A stretch of DNA of 64,000 nucleotides, taken from assembly GCA_043228905.1 (NCBI GenBank), contig JBHGNT010000010.1, positions 12,400,001 through 12,464,000 of the forward strand, given 5' to 3'. Origin of the DNA: Azolla caroliniana. Taxonomy: Eukaryota; Plantae; Polypodiophyta. Of the stretch, positions 50,884 to 63,254 are shown in pieces; position 1 is the first letter of the stretch; each line of letters begins with the position of its first letter. The position numbers and the translations under genes were made by a program. The notes below the pieces were generated by a model. It was not told the origin of the DNA. It saw only the letters and a list, made by a program, of their open reading frames with translations, and ran no database searches.

Positions 50884-53368
50884 ACGTTCCCATTTTGTCG
50901 GTTTTGCAACAACGTATGCTCAAAGCATGTCCTCAATAATTTGATTTACTCGTTCTGTTTGTCCATCGGATTGAGGATGATCCGTGGAGCTCATGCTCAA
51001 CGTAGTTTCTAACTTCTTAAAGACTTGCGTCCAGAAGTCACTAGTAAACTTTGGATCTCGATCACTCATGATATCCATCGGTAACCCATAAAAACGAAAT
51101 AATTCGTCAACGAATTGGTAAGCCAATTCAGGAGTTGTTACCGTGGTTTTAGTAGCAATAAATCTGGCCATTTTAGTTAGTCGATCAAAGATAACCCAGA
51201 TGGCATCATGGTCTTTTTGGGTGTGAGGAAGGCTAACAATAAAATCCATGGATATGCTTTCCCACTTATTATTGGGAATGTCCAAGGGATGTAAAAATCC
51301 TAGGGCTTTAAGTCGCTCGGCTTTGTTAAGCTGACACTGGTGACATTTAGTCACATAGCTATGTATGTCAGGACGCATCTTAGGCCAATAAAACTGAGTG
51401 GAGATGAGAACGAGTGTATGATGTATTCCAGGGTGCCCTGCTGAGGGTGCATCATGGCATTAAAAAAGAATCCTCTTTTTGACCTCGGGTAAATCTGTAA
51501 CACAAACCTTCCCATTATGGTAGAGCAAACCGTTAGCAATGTGGAAGTATTCCTTCGAGGATGTGGTGGTGTCTGTTCCAGACTCAACTCTTGCCCAGTA
51601 TTTTGCAAAATAACTATCATCAGGATACTTTCCTCGAAGGTGATCATAAAGATCTGATGTTATTTCAGTGAAGCTAAGCATGTTAACTTCACGGATGCGA
51701 CTTAGTGCATCAACGATAGTGTTCATGGAACCTTTACGATATCGTATGGAAAAATCAAAGTCCTGGATGAGATCAGCCCATCGTGCCTTACGACCTTTCA
51801 GGTCTTGTTGGTCACAAAAATATTTCAAGGACTCGTGGTCTGTAGTTACCACAAAGCGATTTCCATAAAGATAATGGCGCCATGTTTTGAGCGCATGTAT
51901 AACTGCAAGTAATTCCTTTTCTTGAACGATATACCGACATTGAGCAAAATCAAGTTTCTTACTCTCGAACGCTATTGGTTTACCATCTTGATACAAGACA
52001 ACACCTATAGCATAATCGCTTGCATTGGTTTCAACCTCAAAAGGTTTTGAAGGATCAGGTAAAAGAAATGAAGGAGCCTTGCAAACCAGGTCCTTGAGTT
52101 CCTTAAAGGCGAGGTCTAGTGTAGCATTCCACAGAATAGGTTTTGTAGACTTACGCGTTTGACCTTTTAAAAGATCAGTAAACGGCGTCGTCAATGGGGA
52201 GTAATTACGAAGAGACTTTCGCAAAAACCCGACAAAACCAAGGAATGATCGAAGTTCTCGAATATTCCGAAGAGTGGACCAAAGCTTGATTTTCTCAATG
52301 CGAGAAGGATCAATTTCAACTCCTTGTTCGGTTATGAGATGTCCAAGATAAGTAATTGATTTCTTGAAGAACTCACATTTTGAGATCTTCGCATAAAACT
52401 GTTTGTCACGCAATGTTTGTAAAACAAAGCGGACATGTTTCGCATGTTCTTGTAATGTACGGCTATAAACTAAAATAGCATCCAAGAAAATAAAGACAAA
52501 TTTTCGAAGTTGTTCTCGGAAAATGTCATTCATTTCTTGTTGAAAAGTAGCCGGAGCATTGGTCAAACCAAAAGGCATAACCAAAAACTCGTAATGGCCA
52601 TAGCGCGTACGAAATGCCGTTTTAGGAACATCGTCCTCACTTATTCGTATTTGATGGTAGCCAGTACGGAGATCAAGTTTCGTAAAATACCGAGCTCCTT
52701 GGAGAAGGTCAATTACATCGTCAGACCGGGGCAATGGGTACGAATTCTTGATTGTCACTTTATTCAAGCATCGGTAATTAATACACATACGCCATGTGCC
52801 CTCTTTCTGTTTTACCAAGAGAACTGGTGCACCCCATGGAGATTTACTATAACGTATATAACCCATTCGTAAATAGTCCTTGAGTTGCTTAGATACCTCA
52901 TCTTCTTCGGATCGACTTAAGCAATACGGAGGTATACTTATTGGTGCAACACCAGGTACAATATCTATATGATGGTCTATATTACGTTTAGGAGGTAACC
53001 CATCAGGTAGTTCACTTGGAAAAACATCATGAAAATCATTTAAGATTTCATCAAGTTGCTGTTGTTCAAAATATGTTAATTGAACCGAGACATTATCGAT
53101 ATTATAAACGTGAATGTCAGGATCAAGTACACAATAAAATAGAGTAGAACAAGACAACTCAGATATTGATGAACACGAGGAAACAATCGAGAGGGATTGT
53201 TTTTTTACACATTGAATAAAATGCGTACAATCGTTCAGTACAAAGATTCATTACATGGAAGTCTACTTCCTCTATATAAGTATCAATGGAAATTCCTAAT
53301 GAATGAATCGCCCCGTTGATGTATTGTACTCTTCCATCAACCAAGGTGTAAATACTACAAGGGAGCAA
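50884..53368 (-). mobile_element. Second segment of the Tekay/Reina-like Gypsy: protease end, RT, RNase H, integrase 5' half
   Basis: [51 protein letters not shown] (DD mutated), [10 protein letters not shown]; 50884-51966 duplicates 44887-45969. Confidence 0.9.
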
Positions 53369-54525
53369 CTATGCACATGATGCTAGCAAAATAATAACGA
53401 CCAATTACATACATAACTAGTACTAGATATCTTGGTTAACTCATAATACTAGATTATAACATGGTCGTGTCAAGAGTTCGAATCTTGACATAGGGCCGGT
53501 GTGTGTAAGGTCGTGGCACCGCCGCTTGTCTCCTCCGCCGCCACCGTCAGTATCTTGGTCTTACGTCGACCGCGTTGCCGACTGCTGAAGTCTCTAGATC
53601 CGGTGTGAAGGATCCTCCTTGGGCTTGTTGTATCTCTGACCCTTATACTGGGTCTTCCTTCTTTCGCAAGCCGAGAGGGTGGCTCGCTCCACACCCTCTC
53701 CCGTGGTACTGACGTACAGTGTTCCCGGCACCTCTTCGTAGGCTTCCTCTTCCTCCCTCCCGGAATCGTTATCCGGAAGTCCCCTCCGCCCGGTTCTCGT
53801 ACGTCATTCTCTGGATTTCCGGGTCCCATTCTCTTGTCACCACCAATCTCTCCTATAGGACTCACCCCGGCACTCGGGCTGACAGCCGTATCGGTGTGAG
53901 GATCTCCGTCGGACCGGTCTTCGTTCTCCTCTTCATCCTTTGTACTTCTCCCAAACTCCTCGTTTCCCTCCTTCTCGCGTACCCACCTCCATCTCCCATC
54001 TCTCCAGGCCTCACGCCGGCGCTCTGTTGGAGACAAGGTCGTCTATGCGGAAGATCAAGAAGCATTCGATTCTATTCTGTACCTGCGTATGACAGTTTCT
54101 AGGTCGTTTACACAGAGATAGAGAGAGAGAGAGAGAGAGAGACACAAAACGACTCTTACTATTCCATAAAGCAATAATACAACCCAAAAAATTTTACAAA
54201 AAGGTTACAAGGTCACTATATATAGTGACAGACTTAGGGTATCTACCATTTATGCTAATTACACAAATGGCCCAAACTTGATCTATACAAAGGGATAGTG
54301 TGAACACGTCCATTATACACTTGTATTCGACACTCCCCCGTAATGGGCGTATACATGGGTTATCTAAGATTACAGGCATAAACCTAGGTTCTCGGACATA
54401 TCAGTTTTGTTCGAGTCGGTAGGGTCCGAAGGCAGAAGACCGAACTGGTCGGGTCGGAAGAGTTGAAGCCGATCATTAAGGAACTGATGTCGGTTGTCGG
54501 AAACCATCCTGCGATGTGTCCGGCT

Positions 54526-57500
54526 CTAACCGGACTGGTTTGTCGTTACGCCCATCTGATGCCGAAGGGACCGAAAGCGGTCTGCCGAAAGACACTTGGT
54601 CATTCCATCTGCGACATTGTCGGTTGTGGATATTTTCTCTAGACCGATTTTCCCTGAAATGACGCAGTCCCGAACGAAGTGATATCGAACGTCGATATGT
54701 TTGGAGGCGTTGTGTTGAACCGGATTTTTCGACAAGGCAACAGCACCTTGACTGTCGCTATAGACAACTGGGGCCGAGTCATGGTCGACTTGTCGAAACG
54801 TGTGCGCCAGCCGGCTGAGCCACAAAGCTTCTTTTGCAGCGTCGGACGCAGCTACATATTCTGCTTCGGTCGTTGAGGTCGCTGTGCACTCCTGAAGTTT
54901 CGACTTCCACGAAATTGCTCCATTGCCGAATTTGAAGCAGTATCCAGTTGTTGATTTCCGACTGTCTATACAGCCGGCGAAGTCCGAGTCGGTGTAACCG
55001 ACTACGCCTGTAGTTGAGTTCGGACCGAAAAGAATGCCGTGGTCTTTTGTGCCAGCCAGATATTTGAACACATGCTTGACTGCGTTCCAATGCGATCGGC
55101 CAGGATTGTGCATAAATCTGCTAACGACTCCTACGGCATGAGAGATATCAGGCCGTGTTGCGACCATCAGGTACATAAGGGAGCCGACTGCCGGTGCATA
55201 CGGTACCGACTTCATATCTTCCCCCTCCGGACCGGATGTCGGGCAGTCTCGCTGAGAGAGCCGAAGATTCATGGGGAGCGGGGTTGAAGCAGATTTGGCT
55301 GATTGCATGTTGAAGCGTTCCAAGACACGTCCGATATAGTCGGTCTGAGACAAAAAAAGATGTCGTTTGTCGCGATGCCGACTAATCTTCATGCCGAGTA
55401 TGTGTCGTGCCGGACCGAGGTCCTTCATGGCAAACTTCAACCGCAGTTGCCGAATGAGATCGGCAAGTTCGCCCGCGTGGCGTCCAGAAATTAGCATGTC
55501 GTCCACGTAGATGATGAGGAAGATGGGTGATCCATCTTGAGTTGTGTTGGTAAAAAGACAATGGTCCTCATCGCTTTTTGAGAAGCCGATCGATTGGATG
55601 AAGTCGTCGAACTTCTTGTACCATTGTCGCGGTGCCTGTTTGAGGCCGTATAGACTCTTCCTGAGTCGGCAGACTAGATGTTCTTGGCCAGTTGCCACGA
55701 AGCCTTTTGGCTGCTCCATATAAATTTCCTCTTCAAGATCACCATGGAGGAATGCTGTTTTGACATCTAGCTGAATTAGCTCCAAGTTGTCGGCTGCCAC
55801 TACGCCGAGTAGAAAACGAAGGGTTGTCATTTTCACCACTGGTGAAAAAATCTCGTCGAAGTCGACGCCATATTCTTGTCGGAAGCCCTTCGCAACTAAT
55901 CTGGCCTTGTACTTTGGGGTGGTCGAATCAGACGTCTCTTTTAGTCGATAAACCCACTTGCAAGGAAGAGCACGTCGGTTCCTAGGTAATTCGACCAGAT
56001 CCCAAGTCTTGTTTGCCCGAATGGAGTGCATTTCCGACTCCATCGCCAGATGCCAGGTGGCGGAATCGACAGATGTCGATGCTTCTTCGTAAGACGTCGG
56101 TTCGCCGGCGTCGGTGAAGAAAATTCCAGGAGAATACCTCTCCGGAGGTTGCGACAGTCTCTCGGATCGTCGAGGTATGATTGGACTGGTCGCATCGGGT
56201 ATTGAGGTCGGATGGTCCGAAAGCTACTGTGCCGAGTCAGAGTTGTCCGAATCGGTAGTGTAAGGTTCAGCTACCCGTGAAGCTGACCGTGTGTTAAGAG
56301 CGGGGCCTTCTTGAAGGGTCGGCACATCGGAAAATGTTACCCTTCGGACTTCGATCGGTTTTTCGACTGATGGATTCATAGCCGACTCGTTGAACACAAC
56401 GTCCGAACTTCGAACGATTTGTCTGCGTTCAGGGTCCCAGAGTCGGTATCCCATTTCGCCATCTGATCCATATCCAAGGAAAATGCATTTCCTGGACCGA
56501 GGTGCAAGTTTTCGGCGATCATCTTTCAGAATAAGGGCGTACGCCTCGCATCCGAAGATCCTCAGCTTGTCGTAATTCGGCTTACTGCCGATCCATAGTT
56601 CCTGAGGAATTTGAAGTCCTAGAGGTCTACTTGGCGACATATTGATTATGTGTACTGCCGTGAGTAGAGCCTCTGCCCAGAAGCCATCCGACAGTCTGGA
56701 GTGTTGGAGCATGGAAACTATCCGTTCTTGGATTGTCCGATTCATGCGTTCTGCAATCCCGTTTTGCTCCGGACTGTGTGGTGCCGTAAATTCACGTCGG
56801 ATGCCGCGTTGTCGGCAGAATTTGACGAATTCTTCTGATTTGAACTCTCCCCCATTGTCGGTCCGAAAGCATTTCAGTTTTCGGTCAGTTTGATTTTCTA
56901 CCATAGCGAGCCAATCGGAGAAGATCGAGAAGACACGATCTTTGGTGCGAATTGGATAAGCCCACACCTTTCGAGTCGAATCGTCAATAAAACTGACGAA
57001 GTAAGAGGCACCGCCAAGAGACTGATGCGGCATTGGGCCACAGACGTCCGAGTGGACTAGATCGAGAGGTCTCGTTTCTCTTGGCGCTGATGTCGGGTGT
57101 GATGCGGCTGCTTGTTTGCCATACTGGCAATGTTCGCAGAATTGATGGTCGGAGAAGGAGAGTTTAGGGATGTATCCGGCTCTAGATAGGTGCGTAATGC
57201 CGGCCTTGCTGAGGTGTCCTAATCTTCTGTGCCATAGTGATGACACAGGAATATCCACCAAAAACAGGTTACCCTCTCTGAGCGTAACATGTAACGGATA
57301 CAGTGAGTGTATCTTGGGTCCTCTAGCAAGCAGGAGGTTCCCCCTGTGGAGTGTCCACCCTCCCGAAGAAAAACCGGCACGAATGCTGTCTTCATCTAGT
57401 TGTCCGACTGAGATCAATGGCCTTGAGAGCTCGGGTACATGTCGGACATTGTGAAGTACAAGTGTAGAGCCACCTGCAAGGTTGAGCTCTACTGTGCCGA

Positions 57501-58094
57501 TTCCGATAATGTCACAGTGTTGTGAGTTGCCGACTCGAACTGAGTCGGAGTGACGGATCGTATATTGCCGAAATTGAGATCGATGAGGAGTCACGTGAAA
57601 TGACGCGCCCGAATCTAAGAGCCATGTGCTCGATTCTTCAGTCGTGAGCAGAACTTCTGATCCGACTGGATTTTCGATTGATAGTATATTCGGATCGTTT
57701 GGTAGCACATCAGCTGAGAAGCTGACGTAATTGATCTCCTCATGCCGGCCACTCTTCTTGTCTGATCTCTGAGACTTGTCGTTCTTGTTCTTGAGTGCGC
57801 GGCAGTCGGCTTTGATGTGTCCGGGTTTCTTGCAATAGTTGCAGATTTGATTATCCCGTGACTGGCTCCGTCTTCGCTGATTGTTCGGCGGCCGTGAGGA
57901 ATCTCTTCCTCGTATGTTCGATCGGTCTGTCGAACCTTGTACTACGTAAGCGTCGTCTGTTGAGTCTTTGGCGAAAGACTTTCTCCGAGCTGCTTCGGTC
58001 AGGATTGCGCTCGTGACTTCGGAGTATTTAACAGCCGTGGTTGACGCGTTGCACACGGTTGTGACGAAAGTTTCCCATGATGAGGGAAGGCTGC
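54526..58094 (-). pseudogene. pol: Copia gag-pol (zinc knuckle, protease, integrase, RT, RNase H) with a single in-frame TAG at 56224-56226
   Basis: CNYCKKPGHIKADC, WLLDSGASFHVT, RTDNGGEF, YVDDMLI, YTDSDFAG. ORFs 56224-58056 and 54526-56043 share a frame and the 180 nt between them are open. Confidence 0.93.
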
Positions 58095-58546
58095 TGTCAG
58101 GAATAGTACTAAAACAGAGATGGAATTAGTACTGAGAACAGCAGTACTATTAGTACTAAGAGGACGGGACTGCGTAAGATTCCCGAGAGAGGAAGTGAGA
58201 AGAGGAGAGAGAGAGAGATAGCGAGAATGAGAGAGAGAGAGAGAGATGATGACAGCAGCTATATATTATGTGAAAAGATAAGTACAAGCGGCTAAGAGGC
58301 TTAAGACTGGCGTTGAACCAATTTGGTTCAAAACAATGCCTTGTGCCTCCTTTTATAGTGTTTTTAGGAATAATCCTGAAGCTTCTAGAATGTTCCAGAG
58401 AGATCTGGAATATACATCAATTTTCTATGATAAAGTATAAATGAAAATAATATCCTACAAAATACAATTCATAATCTAATGGTAAGAGCTCGACCCATGT
58501 AGCATAAAGTCATGGGTTCGAGTCTTGCCATGACACTATCTCCCCC

Positions 58547-61500
58547 TTAAAGACGACGAGTGGAACGAGTCGGCGCTAATTGCGGACCGGGTTTGTCCGG
58601 ATACTTTCGGTGGAAATCAGCAAGAAGATCTTGTGCATTGGCAACATTCTCGACGGGTTCCCAAGTACGTTCGCTCGGACTATAACCGAGCCAATCGACC
58701 AAGTAATAAAGTTTGTTGCGAACAAGTTTGGAATCGAGGATGGCAGCAACTTCATACTCCGGGCCGGCGTCCAACTCCAGCGGGGGCGGCGGTGGTGTCA
58801 CACGATCGGGAATGGTGTTTGCTTTATAAGGTTCAAGAAGAGAACAATGGAAAACCGGATGTATCTGAAGCTGCGGAGGGAGATCCAGGCGGAAGGTGAC
58901 ATCATTAATCTTCCCCGTAATACGGAAAGGACCGAGTCGTCGATAATCCAACTTGTCGCACGGTCGAGTAGTCTTGATGTGACGACGTAAGAGCCATACT
59001 CGATCTCCGATGGCAAAAGAGGAGGGAATCCGATGACGATCCGCATAAGTCTTCTGTGTGTGTTGAGCATGACGAAGGTGAGTAGAGAGATCCATCTGGA
59101 TCTTGCGTAGCCTCTCCAAATGGTCCTCGGCACGAGGGTTGGTAGGTAGCTCCGGAGTGTTGATCACCGACCAGCGAGGATGGAAACCGGTATAAGCGAG
59201 AAATGGGGAGACCCGAGTCGAGGAGGGAATAGCATTATTATACGCAAACTCCGCAAAGTGGAGAATCTCGTCCCAATCGTCCTGTTGATAACTCAGGAAA
59301 CACCGGAGATATTGCTCCAACGTTTGGTTTGTTCGTTCCGCCTGTCCGTCAGTTTGAGGATGGTAGCCGGAGGAGAGGTTGCAGGAGACCTTGAGCATCC
59401 TGAAGAGATGCTGCCAAAATTTGGAGACAAATTGCGGGCCTCGGTCACTGATAATACTGTCTGGTAGGCCATGATGCCGAAATACCTCACGCATAACAAG
59501 AGCGGCGGTTTCCTCGCTAGTGATGGCTTTAGTACATGGCACAAAATGTGCCATCTTCGTATATCGATCGACGACGGTTAGGATAGCATCGAACCCCTTC
59601 GAGACCGGCAGATCTGTAATAAAATCAAGACAAATAGACTGCCATGGCTTACTTGGAATTGGTAAAGGTTCCAACAAGCCATATGGATGGTGTCGTGGCA
59701 TCTTTGCTCGGCAGCAAGCATCACAGGTCCGAACGTAGTTGTCGACAAAACGGCGCATGTGGGGCCACCAAAAAGATCGCTGCACTAACTCCAACGTCTT
59801 GGTACTACCGAAATGTCCCGCCGTATGGGTGTCGTGACAATGTTGGACGATTTGAAGGCGACAGGAGCAATCGGGGACATATACGCGCTTTTTAAAGAAT
59901 AACAAACCATCATGATATTCGAATTGTCGGTAGTCAATACCTGGTTGTTGAGACTGAGAACAGGATGCCCGAGAAGTATCAATGTGCGCCAGGATGTCTT
60001 GAGCAAAACTATCCGTCTTCAAGGTTGCACGTATGTCATCGGGGTGTGAAAAATCCGCGTCATGTGCAATCGTTTTGGTCCCAAGATTACTTGCTTTTGA
60101 TTATCAAATGTTGCGTCACTAGGACGAGGTGCAAGATATGAACGCCGTGATAGTGCATCTGCTTTTCCTTGCTGCTTCCCCGGTCGATATGTGATTTCGA
60201 AGTTGAAACGCGTGAGGAATTGCGCCCACCCAGCTTGCCGTCGATTTAGTACGCGAGCGTTCTGAAAATAAGCAAGATTTTTATGATCGCTAAAGACAAT
60301 GACCTGATGTGGAGAGCCCTCTAAGAAATGCCGCCATTGTACAAATGAATCCACGATGGCTAATAACTCCTTGTCATGTATTTCGTAGTTGATTTTTGCG
60401 ACATTGAATTTGCGCGAATGGAAAGCCACCGGATGCAACTCTTCTTTATCGCCTTGTTGAGAAAGGATGCTACCGAGGGCGAAATCTGATGCGTCGGCCT
60501 CCATGATGAATGGTTTGCTTGTATCCACATGAGCTAGAATCGGTGCTGATGTAAAGGCTTTCTTAAGATGCCGAAAAGCCATATCTACTTCGATGGACCA
60601 AAGAAATGCTTGGCCCTTCTTCGTAAGTTGTGTGAGAGGTAAAATAATCTTCGAGTAATCCTGTATAAACTTACGGTAGAAGTTAGCAAAGCCTAGAAAA
60701 CATTGTACATCTCGTACCGACCGTGGAATTTGCCACTCTAGTACAGTTTGGATTTTAGCTGGATCCATGGCGATGCCCTTTGAGGAGATGACGTAGCCTA
60801 GAAATTCCACTTGCTTGCAGTCAAAGCTACATTTCTCTAGCTTGGCATAAAGACCATTCTCGCGGAGTCGCTTTAGTACTAATAGTACATGAGAATCGTG
60901 CTCTTCCTGGGTCTTCGAATAAATCAACAGATCATCCAGATAAATGATCAAACAGATATCCAAGAGGTCTCTGAATATATCATTTGCCATGTGTTGGAAG
61001 ACTGCGGGTGCATTGGTTAGGCCAAACGGCATAACAGTATACTCGAAATGCCCATACCGCGTGCGAAAAGCAGTCTTCCACTCATCTCCCGGTCGGATCC
61101 GCACGAGATTATACGCTCCTCGTAGGTCGATTTTAGTAAAAAACTTGGCACCATTAACTCGCTCTAAAAGACTTGATATAAGAGGGAGTGCATACCTATT
61201 CCGGATGGTGACTTTATTCAATCCGCGGTAATCAACGACAAGACGAAGTGAGCCATCTTTCTTCTTGACAAAGAAGATGGGTGCACCGGCCGGAGATTTC
61301 GAATGACGGATGAACCCGCTTGCCAAGTTCTCCTCTATGTAGGCTCGAAGGACTTCTAACTCGGTGGGTGACAAGTTGTAAATTGGTCCCCATGGTGGCT
61401 CGGTTCCTGGTTGTAAATCGATGGGACAGTCATAGGGACGGTGATGAGGAAGGGTACCGGCTTTTACCTTGTCAAATACATTGGCATAAGGATGATATTT

Positions 61501-62109
61501 TGCCGGAAGTTGTATTGAGGAGTCCTTCTTAATAGTGCTAGAAGGATGTACTGATATGGCAAATAGGAACATTGCCTCCTTGGGTCCTTCTTCGCGTAGT
61601 TGATGGAGTGAAATGGTCGAAACTCGGTGAGTTGATTCTTGGGGTGGTCGATATCGGACTTCTCTTGTTCTCCAATCTATGGCTGGATTATGTAATTCAA
61701 GCCAAGGTAATCCTAGGACAATGGGATGCTCTGGACTACTAATTATATTAAATGATATTATACACACAAAACTACCTAGGACAACTTGAATGGGTTCTGA
61801 TTCTTCTACAATATTCCCGGAAGCAATGGGACGACCATCAATGACCACTACAGATGCGGGACAAGGAAGTTTTCTTAAGGATATCTGAGAAGCTTGGGCA
61901 AAATTTCGATCCATGAAACAGGAATTAGCTCCGGAATCTAAAAGTGCTAGGACGGGTACTGGGGGAGTACTTTTAGTACTAACAATGACTTGGGCTAGGA
62001 ACACATTGCTAACTTGCTTGGAAGGAATGGAACCACTAATGGGCTGTACAGATCTAGGGCTGCTGTCCAACCAAATGGCTCCTATTTTGGCTGGACTCAA
62101 TCGTTTAAC
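58547..62109 (-). pseudogene. pol: pol of Tcn1-like copy 3, in the -1 frame relative to gag, one frameshifting deletion near 60030
   Basis: 693-aa PR-RT-RH ORF and 491-aa INT-chromodomain ORF; no ATG at the pol start. Confidence 0.92.
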
Positions 62110-63254
62110 TCTTCATCTAATTGACTAAGGATTTCAAATTTATTTGAGATACTTGGGCTATTAGTACTATGAATACTATCTGACACTCTATTAGTACTAT
62201 TAATACTATCAGACACTCCGAAGGGAAGAATTGACTCGGGTTTAGTACAGGCGACGATTTGATTTACCTGTCTTCTTGGCCTATGGGGACAATTGATGGC
62301 GATATGTCCTGGTCCACCGCAATAAAGACATAATCGATTGGCACGTCGTCGTTGCTTTTCTTCTTCCGATAACGGGCCGCGTCGACGCATGGTATCGATC
62401 TCCATCGGTGTCGAAGTATTTGCTTGAGGTATGTCTCGTGCAAACGGTTTAGCCGCGACTGCGGCATAAGTGGGCTCTGGCCTAGAGCGTGGTATCTGTA
62501 ATTGACGTTCTGAACGCCGTTCAAAAAGGCGGTTGTCACATCGAACTGCTCGACTGATTGCCTCCGTAAGAGACTTTGGTTCTTCGGGGAAAGTTAGAAC
62601 TAGATCTTTGACATCGTTTCGCAAGCCATAGCGAAACTGCTCCATTAGTGCTTGATCATCCCAGGGTATATCTGAAGCAAGTAGGCGGAAATCCGCCGCG
62701 TAGGCAGAGGCTGGACGATCGCCTTGACGCAATCGCCGGATCTTGTTGATCGCCGTCCTGATGCTGTCGGTGTCTCCAAAGCAGGCTTTAAACTCACCAA
62801 TAAAATCTTCAAAGTTATTAAGTAAGGGTGATTGTTTTTCTAGAAGCGGAGCAAACCATGCCAAGGCTGAGCCGCTAAGTAGCGTGCCTATTAGGCCGAC
62901 TCGAGATGCATCAGTGGGATATCGGGAAGGATGCATCTGGATGACTAAGCGTACCTAATTAAGGAATCCCCGGAATTGCGAACGCGTTCCATCAAATTTC
63001 ACAGGAAGTCCAATCTTGGGCTCTTTATGAAATCCTTGGGGACTGGATCCTTGTTGTTGCAACGCTGCTTCGAGTTGTTGTACCCGTAACGCTAACTCCC
63101 CATGTTGTTGTTGCGTTTGTTGTTTTTCTAGAGCGATTTGTTGCAGATCCCCTATCAGCCGTTGGTTTTCTTGTTCCAGGGCAACAAACTTTTCTTTTAG
63201 GCACTGTAGCTCGGAGAAAACGGATTGGTATTCTTGGGCGCTAACAGTAGCCAT
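62097..63254 (-). pseudogene. gag: gag of Tcn1-like copy 3 with one premature TAG (62955-62957)
   Basis: ORFs 62955-63254 and 62097-62936 are in frame; TAG replaces the CAG (Q) seen in copy 1. Confidence 0.92.

Noticed and set aside
56224-56226. Programmed stop-codon readthrough in the Copia pol, and likewise the TAG at 62955 in gag
   Set aside because: Both fit CAG>TAG deamination. Copy 1 has CAG at the gag site, and the readthrough context CARYYA is absent.
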